Source: Candidatus Nomurabacteria bacterium (GTDB lineage Bacteria > Patescibacteriota > Minisyncoccia > Phycocordibacterales > UBA9973). Taken from it: a stretch of DNA of 64,000 nucleotides. A program made the position numbers and the translations under genes. Below the pieces are notes generated by a model. It searched no databases. It saw nothing but the letters and a program-made list of their open reading frames with translations, and was not told the DNA's origin. The stretch lies in contig JARIGO010000017.1 of assembly GCA_029288805.1 (NCBI GenBank), positions 2,884 through 66,883 on the forward strand. Direction: 5' to 3'. Of the stretch, positions 1 through 8,420 are shown piece by piece; the first letter of the stretch is position 1; each line of letters starts with the position of its first letter.

Positions 1-792
1 TAAGCGAGAACTCGCTGCTTGTTGCAGTGTCGAAGTAGTGAATGGTGCACGAGGAGAACGCTTTTGCTCTGTCTCCTTAATATCTTTCACCAGCCAGTCT
101 TCCTTGTTACCAACTGCAAGAATACGGTCGACTTCCTTACGATCTCGTGGCTCTTCAACACAGGTCAAAGTAATTTTTGCCTTACCTTTTGTTTGAACGT
201 TCGCTTGTAGTACCCAGTAGTCTTCAGGAATGAATGCGCGGATTTCACGTTCGCGCTCTACTAATATGCGAAGTGCGGGAGACTGTACGCGGCCCGCTGA
301 AAGGCCATAGCGAACCTTTTGCCAGATAATGCCTGAAAGGTCGTACCCCACGAGACGGTCCAAAACACGACGTGCTTCTTGGGCCTGACGCAAATCAGTA
401 TCAATAGTGCGAGGATGCTTCAATGCTTCAGTGATGGCGTCCTTGGTAATTTCATTAAAGGTAACGCGCTTGATGGGAGCTTTGACTTTTTTGTCTTCAC
501 GCAAGAGTTCCTCGATGTGCCATGCAATAGCTTCTCCTTCACGGTCCGGATCGGGTGCCAATACGATTTCCTTGGCTGACTCAGCAAGCTCCTGCAGTTC
601 GTGCACTACTTTTTCCTTACCCTTACTAATCTCGTAATGCGGAATAAAACCACCCTCGATGTCGATGGCTTTCTTGTTTGATTTTGGCAGGTCACGTACG
701 TGTCCTACGGAAGCGCGAACGGTGTATTCACCATCCAAATATTTTTCAATTGTCTTTGCCTTTGAAGGTGACTCAACGATTAATAATTTCAT
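1..792 (-). CDS. topA: DNA topoisomerase I, N-terminal part (runs off the window start)
   Basis: Not in the ORF track. The minus strand from CAT at 790-792 reads MKLLIVESPSKAKTIEKYLDGEYTVRASVGHVRDLPK, the TOPRIM start of TopA, and later contains AGRVQSPALR. It lies directly downstream of dprA, the usual dprA-topA order. Confidence 0.96.
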   Translation of the reverse strand, partial: MKLLIVESPSKAKTIEKYLDGEYTVRASVGHVRDLPKSNKKAIDIEGGFIPHYEISKGKEKVVHELQELAESAKEIVLAPDPDREGEAIAWHIEELLREDKKVKAPIKRVTFNEITKDAITEALKHPRTIDTDLRQAQEARRVLDRLVGYDLSGIIWQKVRYGLSAGRVQSPALRILVEREREIRAFIPEDYWVLQANVQTKGKAKITLTCVEEPRDRKEVDRILAVGNKEDWLVKDIKETEQKRSPRAPFTTSTLQQAASSRL

Positions 793-842
793 ATAAGTGT
801 CTGCAGTAGTACCATGCCCAAAATCTTTTGGCAAATATTTGT

Positions 843-1712
843 CTATATAATGCGTTCGATCAAACCGTACGTTTCTTGAATGACGCCTTTTATTTCTAAT
901 GTGGAAAAGGCAATACTTGCAGTGACGGTATCAAGTGACAGCTTCTCTATAATAGTCTCTTTGGATTGAGGGCTGGTAAGCAGCTCTATGATCTTTTGTT
1001 CGGTTTCATTTAATACTATAGAGATAGGGAATGGCAGTTTTCCTTTTTCTTGAAAACCCAACTCTTTCAGTATGTCATCACTGTCAGTAATAGGGATGGC
1101 ACCAAGTTTCAACAGCCAGTTTGCCCCGACAGAAGTGGACGATGTAATAAGCCCCGGAACAGCACCAACACTTTTATTATATTCAGTTGCCAGTCGTGCG
1201 GTGATCAGGGTGCCAGACTTTTCTTCCGCTTCAATGATAAGTGTCATGCTTGCAATACCGGCTTCCAGTCGGTTGCGTTGCGGAAAAGTCCACGGCGCCC
1301 CGATAATATTGTTATCAAATTCACTCAGTAATAATCCACCGGCTTTCAATATGCGTTTAGCGAGGTTTTTATTTATGGAAGGATAGAGAACATTCCAATT
1401 CAATCCTGATCCTGGAAATGCCACTGTATTTAATCCTGCATCAAGTGCAGCTTGGTGTGCAATGCTATCAATGCCAATAGCTAGACCAGAAACAATGGTA
1501 ATAGGATATCCCGCAAGTCCTTTAATAAGTGTCTCGCAGACTTGCTTGCCGTAGGGAGAATATTTTCGAGAGCCGACCACTGCCAGAAACGTTGTGCCGA
1601 TACATCGCTCAAGACTGCCTCGCATGAAAAGGCGTTTTGGAGGTTGCGGTATTTCTCGGAGTTGCGGGAAGTAGCGTTCGGGGACAATTGTTTCGATGGG
1701 AAATTCCTCCAT
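843..1712 (-). CDS. dprA: DNA-processing protein DprA
   Basis: Motifs LAVVGSRK, IVSGLAIGIDSIAH, FPQRNRL and SGTLITARLA. Start moved to ATG 1712, which has CATAAT 6 nt upstream. Confidence 0.95.
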   Translation of the reverse strand: MEEFPIETIVPERYFPQLREIPQPPKRLFMRGSLERCIGTTFLAVVGSRKYSPYGKQVCETLIKGLAGYPITIVSGLAIGIDSIAHQAALDAGLNTVAFPGSGLNWNVLYPSINKNLAKRILKAGGLLLSEFDNNIIGAPWTFPQRNRLEAGIASMTLIIEAEEKSGTLITARLATEYNKSVGAVPGLITSSTSVGANWLLKLGAIPITDSDDILKELGFQEKGKLPFPISIVLNETEQKIIELLTSPQSKETIIEKLSLDTVTASIAFSTLEIKGVIQETYGLIERII

Positions 1713-1782
1713 GAACCAATTATGCATTCCTACACTCAAGATTCTTTTAAGAAAAGCTAAAATACGCTATAGTAGAGCTACT

Positions 1783-3048
1783 ATGCTCGATATTAAGTTT
1801 ATTAAGGAAAACCCGGATATTATTAAGGAAGCGGTTCGCAAAAAGCATTTGTCATTTAATGTTGATGAGCTACTCTCTGTTGAGGAAAAAAGAAAGGCAA
1901 CACTGACTGCATTTGAAACGCTTCGTGCGGAACAAAATACCTTGTCTGACAAAATTCCTCAGACAGCCGATGCTGCTGAACGAGCAAAGCTTATTGAAGA
2001 TCTCAAGCCGTTGAAGGAAAAAGTTCAAGAAGCGGAAGAGCAGGTTAAGGCTGTAATGAAAGAATGGCAAACACTGATGCTACAAGTGCCAAACGTGCCT
2101 GACATGTCCGTACCGGAAGGTGGCAGTGATGAGGAAAACGTTGAAGTAAAACTTATCGGCGAACGACCAGTATTTGATTTTACACCAAAAGACCATATTA
2201 CACTGATGGAACAGAACGACATGGTTGATTTTGAGCGTGGCACAAAGGTTGCCGGCTTCCGTGGATACTATCTAAAGAACGACGGCGTGTTGTTGGAAAT
2301 GGCATTGTGGAATTATTTTATGAGTACGCTCGTGAAGAAAGGATATCAGCCATTTCATGTGCCTTCATTGGTTACAAAAAATACATTGTACGGTACAGGA
2401 TACTTGCCACAAGGTGAGGAAGACTTGTACAAGACTCAGGATGATACCTATCTTTCAGGGACGGGTGAGGTTGCTATGATGTCATACCACTCTGATGAAG
2501 TATTGAACGCTTCTGATTTGCCAAAGAAATATATCGCAATGTCTCCATGTTTTCGTCGTGAAGCGGGAAGTCATGGTAAGGATGTGAAAGGATTGATTCG
2601 TGTACATGAATTCTTTAAGTTGGAACAGGTTATTTTGTGTGAGGCTAATCATCAAGTCAGCGTAGATTTTCACGAAGAGCTTACTGCAAACGTGGAAGAA
2701 ATTTTGCAATCAATGGGGTTGCATTATCACGTTGTAGTGAACTGCGGCGGAGACCTTGGGCTTGGTCAGGTTAAGAAATATGACATCGAAGTCTGGATGC
2801 CAACACAGGAAAAATTCCGTGAGACTCACTCATCTTCATACTTCCATGATTTTCAAACACGTCGTTTGAATATTCGATACAAGGATGCTGAAGGAAAGAT
2901 GCAATATGCTCACTCACTAAATAACACGCTCGTTGCCACACCTCGTATCTTGGCATGTATTATTGAAAATTTTCAGGAAGCAGATGGACGTATTCGTGTA
3001 CCGGATGTGCTAAAGCCATATATTGGTAAAGACTATCTAGGAAAATAG
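1783..3048 (+). CDS. serS: Serine--tRNA ligase
   Basis: MLDIKFIKENPD start, N-terminal coiled coil, motif 2 CFRREAGSHGKDVKGLIRVHEF, and HSLNNT..ATPR. Confidence 0.98.
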   Translation: MLDIKFIKENPDIIKEAVRKKHLSFNVDELLSVEEKRKATLTAFETLRAEQNTLSDKIPQTADAAERAKLIEDLKPLKEKVQEAEEQVKAVMKEWQTLMLQVPNVPDMSVPEGGSDEENVEVKLIGERPVFDFTPKDHITLMEQNDMVDFERGTKVAGFRGYYLKNDGVLLEMALWNYFMSTLVKKGYQPFHVPSLVTKNTLYGTGYLPQGEEDLYKTQDDTYLSGTGEVAMMSYHSDEVLNASDLPKKYIAMSPCFRREAGSHGKDVKGLIRVHEFFKLEQVILCEANHQVSVDFHEELTANVEEILQSMGLHYHVVVNCGGDLGLGQVKKYDIEVWMPTQEKFRETHSSSYFHDFQTRRLNIRYKDAEGKMQYAHSLNNTLVATPRILACIIENFQEADGRIRVPDVLKPYIGKDYLGK

Positions 3049-3049
3049 T

Positions 3050-3883
3050 ATGTACGAACGCACGTATCACAAAACGGTTTTGAAGCGTGAAGATGACGAA
3101 CCGCAAAAAGAACCTACGCGTATTGATTGGAAAAGGATTCTTTGGATATTCGTAGCGATCGTCATAATCGTTGAGACTGTGATACTGATACGATTGCCAA
3201 AGGTGCAGGTTACCCATATCGTGGTGGTAGGAGCTCATGTTGCTGACCCAGGAGACATTACGGAATTTGTAAATCAAGAGTTGCAGGGCAAAGATTTGTT
3301 TATCCTACCGAAGACCAGTATTTTCCTGGTGCCGGAACACAAACTCGAAAAGGATTTGAAACAAAACTTTTCACGATTGCAAACTGTCGATGTCAGCCGC
3401 AAAAATTTCTCCACTATCGTAGTGACTGTCACTGAATATCAGGGGGTATATCTGTGGTGCGCTGATGCGCAAAATTGTGACTTCATGGATCAGAATGGCG
3501 TGGCATTTGCGCCGGCACCGTATTTCTCAGGAGATGCGTATCCGAAAATTTTTAATGGTATTGGAACAACAGTGCCATTTCAGGCAGTGGATGCTGACAA
3601 GCTTCACACTATTACTACTGCCCTGGATAAACTTCCTGTTATCGGTATTAATCCTGAGGAATTTCATTTTGTCACTGATCACGAACTTGATGTTACGTTT
3701 AACCATTATGGACAGCAGGCAACATTGCTATTTGATCCTACTACCAATACCGATGATGCTTTGAATGCGCTCTATACCGGTCTTCGTACCAATCCATTGG
3801 CTACAAAGTTCCGAACGCCGACTGATGTATTGCAATACATTGACCTTCGTTTTTCTGACAGAGTGGTGTATAAGTTTCAGTAA
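3050..3883 (+). CDS. FtsQ/DivIB-like cell division protein (POTRA domain)
   Basis: Single N-terminal TM helix, POTRA-like segment, and a C-terminal YIDLRFSDRVVYK typical of FtsQ. Confidence 0.8.
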   Translation: MYERTYHKTVLKREDDEPQKEPTRIDWKRILWIFVAIVIIVETVILIRLPKVQVTHIVVVGAHVADPGDITEFVNQELQGKDLFILPKTSIFLVPEHKLEKDLKQNFSRLQTVDVSRKNFSTIVVTVTEYQGVYLWCADAQNCDFMDQNGVAFAPAPYFSGDAYPKIFNGIGTTVPFQAVDADKLHTITTALDKLPVIGINPEEFHFVTDHELDVTFNHYGQQATLLFDPTTNTDDALNALYTGLRTNPLATKFRTPTDVLQYIDLRFSDRVVYKFQ

Positions 3884-3884
3884 T

Positions 3885-4946
3885 ATGAATTTTTGGGACC
3901 AATTGCGACAAAATAAAAAGCCATTCTTTGTGGTGGCTCCAATGGCCGACGTTACTGACCCGGCCTTTCGTCGCTTGATTGCACGGTACGGTAAACCCGA
4001 TGTCATGTGGACTGAATTTGTATCTGCAAATGGTTTGGTAAGTGGTGGGCGAAAAATCCTGGAACGAGACTTGGAGTATGCAGAAATGGAACGACCGATT
4101 GTGGCGCAGCTTTTTTCCGCTGATCCGGACAATGTGGAAAAAGCTGCACGACTCTGTGCCGAGCTGGGGTTTGATGGCATTGATATCAATATGGGTTGTC
4201 CTGACAAGACTATTGAAAAGCAGGGAGCAGGAGCAGGTATGATTAAGACACCAGACGTAGCTGTAGCGATTATTGCTGCAGCCAAACGCGGAGCAGGAAC
4301 ACTGCCCTTATCTGTAAAAACCCGGGTAGGATATAACGCGGTAGAAATTGATACATGGATTCCATTGCTGTTGCAACAGGACATTGCCGCACTGACTGTG
4401 CATGCTCGTACTCGTAAGGATTTATCAAAGGTTCCGGCACGATGGGAGTATCTGAAAGAAGTGGTGGCATTGCGTGACAAGTTTGCTCCGCAGACGTTGA
4501 TCATTGGTAATGGGGATGTAACGAGCCTTGCCGACGGCAAGGCTCGTGCAGCTGCCAGCGGCGTAGACGGCGTCATGGTTGGTCGCGCACTTTTCGGTAA
4601 CCCATGGTTCTTTGATGAGTCTCGCGCCATGACTGCGACATTGCCGCAAAAATCCATCTTTCAGAAACTGCCATACATTGGGAAATATTTTCAAACAAAA
4701 CGCTCAGCTGCCCAGTCTGCTACTAAGCCTATTACCGTTGAAGAACGATTGAAGGTCATGGTTGAGCACACAAAACTTTTTGAGGAATTGCTTGGAGACA
4801 TCAAGAGTTTTTCCATTATGAAAAAGCACTACAAGGCATATTGCACCGGTTTTCCTGGGGCAAAGGAATTGCGAATGGAATTGATGGAAAAGGCACGTAA
4901 CAGCAACGATGTCGACTTACTGGTTCAAAATTTTCTGTTACAATAG
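3885..4946 (+). CDS. tRNA-dihydrouridine synthase (Dus family)
   Basis: APMADVTD, GIDINMGCP, TVHART, IGNGDV and GVMVGRA motifs. Confidence 0.95.
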   Translation: MNFWDQLRQNKKPFFVVAPMADVTDPAFRRLIARYGKPDVMWTEFVSANGLVSGGRKILERDLEYAEMERPIVAQLFSADPDNVEKAARLCAELGFDGIDINMGCPDKTIEKQGAGAGMIKTPDVAVAIIAAAKRGAGTLPLSVKTRVGYNAVEIDTWIPLLLQQDIAALTVHARTRKDLSKVPARWEYLKEVVALRDKFAPQTLIIGNGDVTSLADGKARAAASGVDGVMVGRALFGNPWFFDESRAMTATLPQKSIFQKLPYIGKYFQTKRSAAQSATKPITVEERLKVMVEHTKLFEELLGDIKSFSIMKKHYKAYCTGFPGAKELRMELMEKARNSNDVDLLVQNFLLQ

Positions 4947-4950
4947 AGCC

Positions 4951-5988
4951 ATGCATGACCAAGTACTGTATCGTAAATATCGCCCGAATACCTGGGAAGA
5001 AGTAGTAGGGCAGGAACACATTGTTTCTGTACTGTCACAATCTATCGCAAGCGGCACCTTCTCTCACGCGTATCTTTTTACCGGCAGCCGCGGTACTGGT
5101 AAGACATCCGTTGCTCGTATTTTTGCCAAAGCATTGGGAACAAATCCTGAAGACATTACCGAGATTGATGCTGCGTCCAATCGCGGTATTGATGACATTC
5201 GTGCTCTTCGTGAGGCAGTACGTGTTCTGCCGTTTTCTTCACCGTACAAGGTGTACATTATTGATGAAGTGCACATGCTTTCTCGCGATGCCTTTAATGC
5301 GTTGCTCAAGACATTGGAAGAACCGCCAGCTCACTGTATTTTCATATTGGCAACAACAGAACTTGATAAGGTGCCAGACACTATTTTGTCTCGCTGTCAG
5401 GTCTTCTCATTTCGTAAGCCGACAGAACGAACATTGGTGAAGGAAGTGGAACGCATTGCAGCGAGCGAACATGTGGAGATTGATAGTGACAGCTCATCAC
5501 TGATCGCATTTCTTGGTGACGGTTCATTTCGCGATACGCTCAGTATCATGCAGAAAGTCTTTTCTGCTACAAAAGGAAGAACCATTACTCGTGAGCTCAC
5601 TGAGTCCGTAACCGGCGCACCGTCACTGACTGTCATTCATGAACTCTATACTGCATTGATAGAAAAAAACATTGACGCACTGTATATGACATTGGCACGA
5701 GCGGAACAGCATCACACTGACATGATGCTCTTGGCGCAACTCCTGCTTGATACTATGCGCTTGTCATTGAAGTATCGCTACTCACCAAGCAGTCGCGAGG
5801 AAATCGAAGCTGATCATTCTGAACAATATACCGAAGTCATCAAGCGGGGAGCGGTAGAAAGCACTGATGCTATTTCTTCTCGCGGCATCATTGCCATGAT
5901 CACGGCCATTGAGCGCATTGCTTATGCCTCTATCCCAACGTTGCCGCTAGAGCTCGCATTCATCGAAATGGTTGGAGCAGAACAATAG
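4951..5988 (+). CDS. dnaX: DNA polymerase III subunit gamma/tau (short form)
   Basis: LYRKYRP, Walker A GSRGTGKTS, EIDAASN, IIDEVHML, NALLKTLEEPP and SRC. Confidence 0.96.
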   Translation: MHDQVLYRKYRPNTWEEVVGQEHIVSVLSQSIASGTFSHAYLFTGSRGTGKTSVARIFAKALGTNPEDITEIDAASNRGIDDIRALREAVRVLPFSSPYKVYIIDEVHMLSRDAFNALLKTLEEPPAHCIFILATTELDKVPDTILSRCQVFSFRKPTERTLVKEVERIAASEHVEIDSDSSSLIAFLGDGSFRDTLSIMQKVFSATKGRTITRELTESVTGAPSLTVIHELYTALIEKNIDALYMTLARAEQHHTDMMLLAQLLLDTMRLSLKYRYSPSSREEIEADHSEQYTEVIKRGAVESTDAISSRGIIAMITAIERIAYASIPTLPLELAFIEMVGAEQ

Positions 5989-6004
5989 CCGTAGACAATA
6001 TAAA

Positions 6005-6027
6005 AGACGATCGCTATGCGATCGTCT
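6005..6027. terminator. Hairpin between dnaX and a convergent orphan ORF
   Basis: AGACGATCGC-tat-GCGATCGTCT, a 10-bp perfect stem. Confidence 0.6.
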
Positions 6028-6184
6028 CAACGTTTGTCCTATGGTGACTTTTTGTTGTCACATTTCTTTTCATGACATAAAACCTTCTTTTGGCCCTAAG
6101 GTATTTGTAGATACCGCGAGGCAAGCTGACGGGGATTGAGATTATCATCAATGAAAATCTCAGAAAGTTCTTAAGATATTTCAT
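6014..6184 (-). CDS. Small basic hypothetical protein (56 aa)
   Basis: MKYLKNFLRFSLMIISIPVS...; preceded on the minus strand by TTGACG-16-TATAGT. Confidence 0.45.
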   Translation of the reverse strand: MKYLKNFLRFSLMIISIPVSLPRGIYKYLRAKRRFYVMKRNVTTKSHHRTNVETIA

Positions 6185-6274
6185 TTTGACGATTTTTCTT
6201 ACTATAGCATTGCCGAACCATGCGTCAATATGGTATAAAAGTTCCACTACAGCAATGTGCTGTCTAGATAATAT

Positions 6275-6345
6275 TGCGGGTTCGTCTAATGGTAGGACTA
6301 CGGTTTTTGGTGCCGTCTATTGGGGTTCGAGTCCCTGACCCGCAG
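6275..6345 (+). tRNA. tRNA-Gln(TTG)
   Basis: Acceptor TGCGGGT/ACCCGCA, anticodon arm ACGGT-TTTTGGT-GCCGT, T loop TTCGAGT. CCA not encoded. Confidence 0.95.
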
Positions 6346-6390
6346 CAAATGAAAACGGCCTCTTGTTAAGAGACCGCTTAGGTTTTGTAT

Positions 6391-6726
6391 TTATTTTTCC
6401 TCAGTACCTTCATCTTCTTCAATGTCCTTTTCGTAGTCATTAAAGTTAATTTCTTTTCCTTCCTCAAAATCCTTTTTTAGCTTTTCGAGTAAATCTTCAT
6501 GTGAAGTTTTGAATAAAGAGAATACTTGAGAAATAATCAAGAGAAGGGTTGCAGGAGTGGTATATAGATTAACAGACGCTCCCTCAATTAATTGTAGAAT
6601 CGCCATTGCCATAAAAGTTAATACTCCTATTAAACAGAACAATGTCGCAATTTTTATTGGAAGATTTTTCCTGAAGCTTCTTTGCTCGATAATTTCTTTA
6701 AACTGAATGTATTCAAATTTTGTCAT
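6391..6726 (-). CDS. Hypothetical membrane protein (2 TM), AT-rich orphan
   Basis: 111-aa ORF with two hydrophobic segments and an acidic tail; has its own promoter. Confidence 0.65.
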   Translation of the reverse strand: MTKFEYIQFKEIIEQRSFRKNLPIKIATLFCLIGVLTFMAMAILQLIEGASVNLYTTPATLLLIISQVFSLFKTSHEDLLEKLKKDFEEGKEINFNDYEKDIEEDEGTEEK

Positions 6727-6745
6727 GGTGCTTATTGTTTTAATT

Positions 6746-6774
6746 ATGATAACACATTATATTATATTTGTCAA
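6746..6774 (-). promoter_or_regulatory. Sigma70-type promoter of the 6391-6726 orphan
   Basis: TTGACA (6769-6774), 17-nt spacer, TATCAT (6746-6751), with TG in the extended -10 position. Confidence 0.7.
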
Positions 6775-6826
6775 TGGAACAGTAAGTGCGGTACAATTAG
6801 CTCATTAGCATTTATATTTTAAATAC

Positions 6827-7237
6827 ATGAATTACGTAGCGATTTTGCTGTGCGCGATAGCATCAATGATTATTGGAGGGATTTGGTACGGTCCGTTGTT
6901 TGGCAAGACACAGCGACAGATGATGGGCGGAGACACGATGACTTCTGAACAGCACGAAGCCATGAAGAAGGCCATGGGCAAGATGTATGCATTACAGTTT
7001 TTGCTGTCACTGATCACTGCAATAGTGTTGGATTACTTCATCATGGGTACTCCGGTCATTGTCGGTGTGGCAGTGTCAGTAATCATCTGGTTTGGTTTTA
7101 TCCTGACAACAATCGGAGGATCTGCGCTCTGGAGCGGTAAGCCAAAAGCATGGGCATGGAAAATGTTTTTCATTTCCAGTGGCGCGCAGCTTATCACGTT
7201 TGTTGTGTACGCATTGATCATTACTGCGTTTAAGTAA
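6827..7237 (+). CDS. DUF1761-like membrane protein
   Basis: N-terminal NYVAILL..ASMIIGGIWYGPLFGK pattern and four TM segments. Confidence 0.8.
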   Translation: MNYVAILLCAIASMIIGGIWYGPLFGKTQRQMMGGDTMTSEQHEAMKKAMGKMYALQFLLSLITAIVLDYFIMGTPVIVGVAVSVIIWFGFILTTIGGSALWSGKPKAWAWKMFFISSGAQLITFVVYALIITAFK

Positions 7238-7252
7238 TACTGCGAGCATAAG

Positions 7253-7282
7253 AAAAGGCGATCACGCAGTGATCGCCTTTTT
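7253..7282. terminator. Bidirectional intrinsic terminator
   Basis: AAAAGGCGATCAC-gca-GTGATCGCCTTTT between convergent genes. Confidence 0.75.
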
Positions 7283-7828
7283 GTTTTTCCGAAACTTATA
7301 CTCTTTGAATACTTCCCACCGGCCTTGTTGTTCGATCGGTTTTCGATAAATCGCAATTTTCTTCAGGGGGATATTTATCCCTCGCGTTAGCAAGAAACAT
7401 ATTTTTGACCATATGGCGTCAAATACCGCTGAAGTTTTTTCTGCCAACGTAATATGTAGCGTGTTGTCGTTATCAAACGCTCCGTGGAAATACTGTGGAT
7501 GCTGCCGTAACGTCTGTAGTATTCCGATCCATAATTCAGAAACAGTTACCGTACCGTGGGCTGGTATTACGATGAATTCCTTTCCAAAACTATCGATACT
7601 GTTTATACGTATACGAGTTTGTTTGCCCTGAAGGACTATGCTCTGTACGATGTCTTCAATCTCCTCAGGTTCAATGCCTTCAATAGGGCGATGAAATGTT
7701 ATATGAGGAATAAGGTTCTTATACGGAGGTTCGGTTCCCGTATACAGTGCGACAATGTCCATCAGATCCATAATCTGCTTAAGGTACGGCTTAGGAATAG
7801 GAAAGAGTATGAGGTATTTATATTTCAT
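7262..7828 (-). CDS. 2H phosphoesterase (2'-5' RNA ligase-like) family protein
   Basis: Two HxT motifs, PHITF and LHITL. Start set at MKYKY, downstream of a TTGACA-16-TAATGT promoter. Confidence 0.8.
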   Translation of the reverse strand: MKYKYLILFPIPKPYLKQIMDLMDIVALYTGTEPPYKNLIPHITFHRPIEGIEPEEIEDIVQSIVLQGKQTRIRINSIDSFGKEFIVIPAHGTVTVSELWIGILQTLRQHPQYFHGAFDNDNTLHITLAEKTSAVFDAIWSKICFLLTRGINIPLKKIAIYRKPIEQQGRWEVFKEYKFRKNKKAITA

Positions 7829-7891
7829 GGTGCGTTGTTTTCCTGACATTACCATTAAAAGACCTTATGTCAAATAAGGTATACTACAGAC

Positions 7892-8209
7892 ATGAAGACA
7901 TTCAGTGAGCGAGTAGTCGAGCTGGCATTGATGGTGCCGGAAGGAATGGTGACAACGTATGGGGCCATTGCAAAAGCGGCAGGTGGAGGATCAATGGCGT
8001 CACGGAGCGTGACGGGGATTTTGGGCAAGGCATATATGGCCGGACAAAAGGACATTCCATTTCATCGTATCGTGTATTCCAATGGGACGGTGTGGATCGA
8101 TGCCGCTCATAAGGAGAAGCGTTTAAAGCTTTATAAGAAAGAGGGAATCGAAGTGGATGCCAAGGGCGTGATCAAGGATTTCCGTGACAAGTTATTTGAG
8201 TTTAAATAA
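7892..8209 (+). CDS. Alkyltransferase-like (ATL/MGMT DNA-binding domain) protein
   Basis: VPEGMVTTYGAIAKAAG helix-turn-helix and PFHRIV in place of the catalytic PCHRV. Confidence 0.85.
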   Translation: MKTFSERVVELALMVPEGMVTTYGAIAKAAGGGSMASRSVTGILGKAYMAGQKDIPFHRIVYSNGTVWIDAAHKEKRLKLYKKEGIEVDAKGVIKDFRDKLFEFK

Positions 8210-8264
8210 AGTTGCAAAGTTTTTTAAAAGGAGTACGCTTTTAGGTAAATCAATACCTAATGTT

Positions 8265-8360
8265 ATGTGGTACCTAATAGTAATACTAATTGTAACTAAT
8301 GGTGTTCTCATTTGTTCTAAGCTTCCTCAAAAGGGACGTCCAAAATATTATCACCAGTAG
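8265..8360 (+). CDS. Putative 31-aa single-TM micropeptide
   Basis: MWYLIVILIVTNGVLICSKLPQKGRPKYYHQ. TTGCAA-16-TACGCT lies upstream and a hairpin at 8368-8403 downstream. Below the ORF-track cutoff. Confidence 0.4.
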   Translation: MWYLIVILIVTNGVLICSKLPQKGRPKYYHQ

Positions 8361-8420
8361 TCATAAGAAAATCGCCCTGTGCAGGATGCAGCGGGCGATT
8401 TTTTCATGTATCATTGTGGT

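Noticed and set aside
1696..1782. N-terminal extensions in the ORF track (serS, dus, dnaX, mraZ, gap, rpe, pfkB, rpmA and others)
   Set aside because: Family-typical starts lie downstream, and most have a -10 box just before them. The extensions overlap neighbouring genes or promoters.
3728..4657. 309-aa antisense ORF (also 38095-38595, 48192-48629, 62056-62646 and many shorter ones)
   Set aside because: These are shadows of well-supported genes on the opposite strand, with no motifs of their own.
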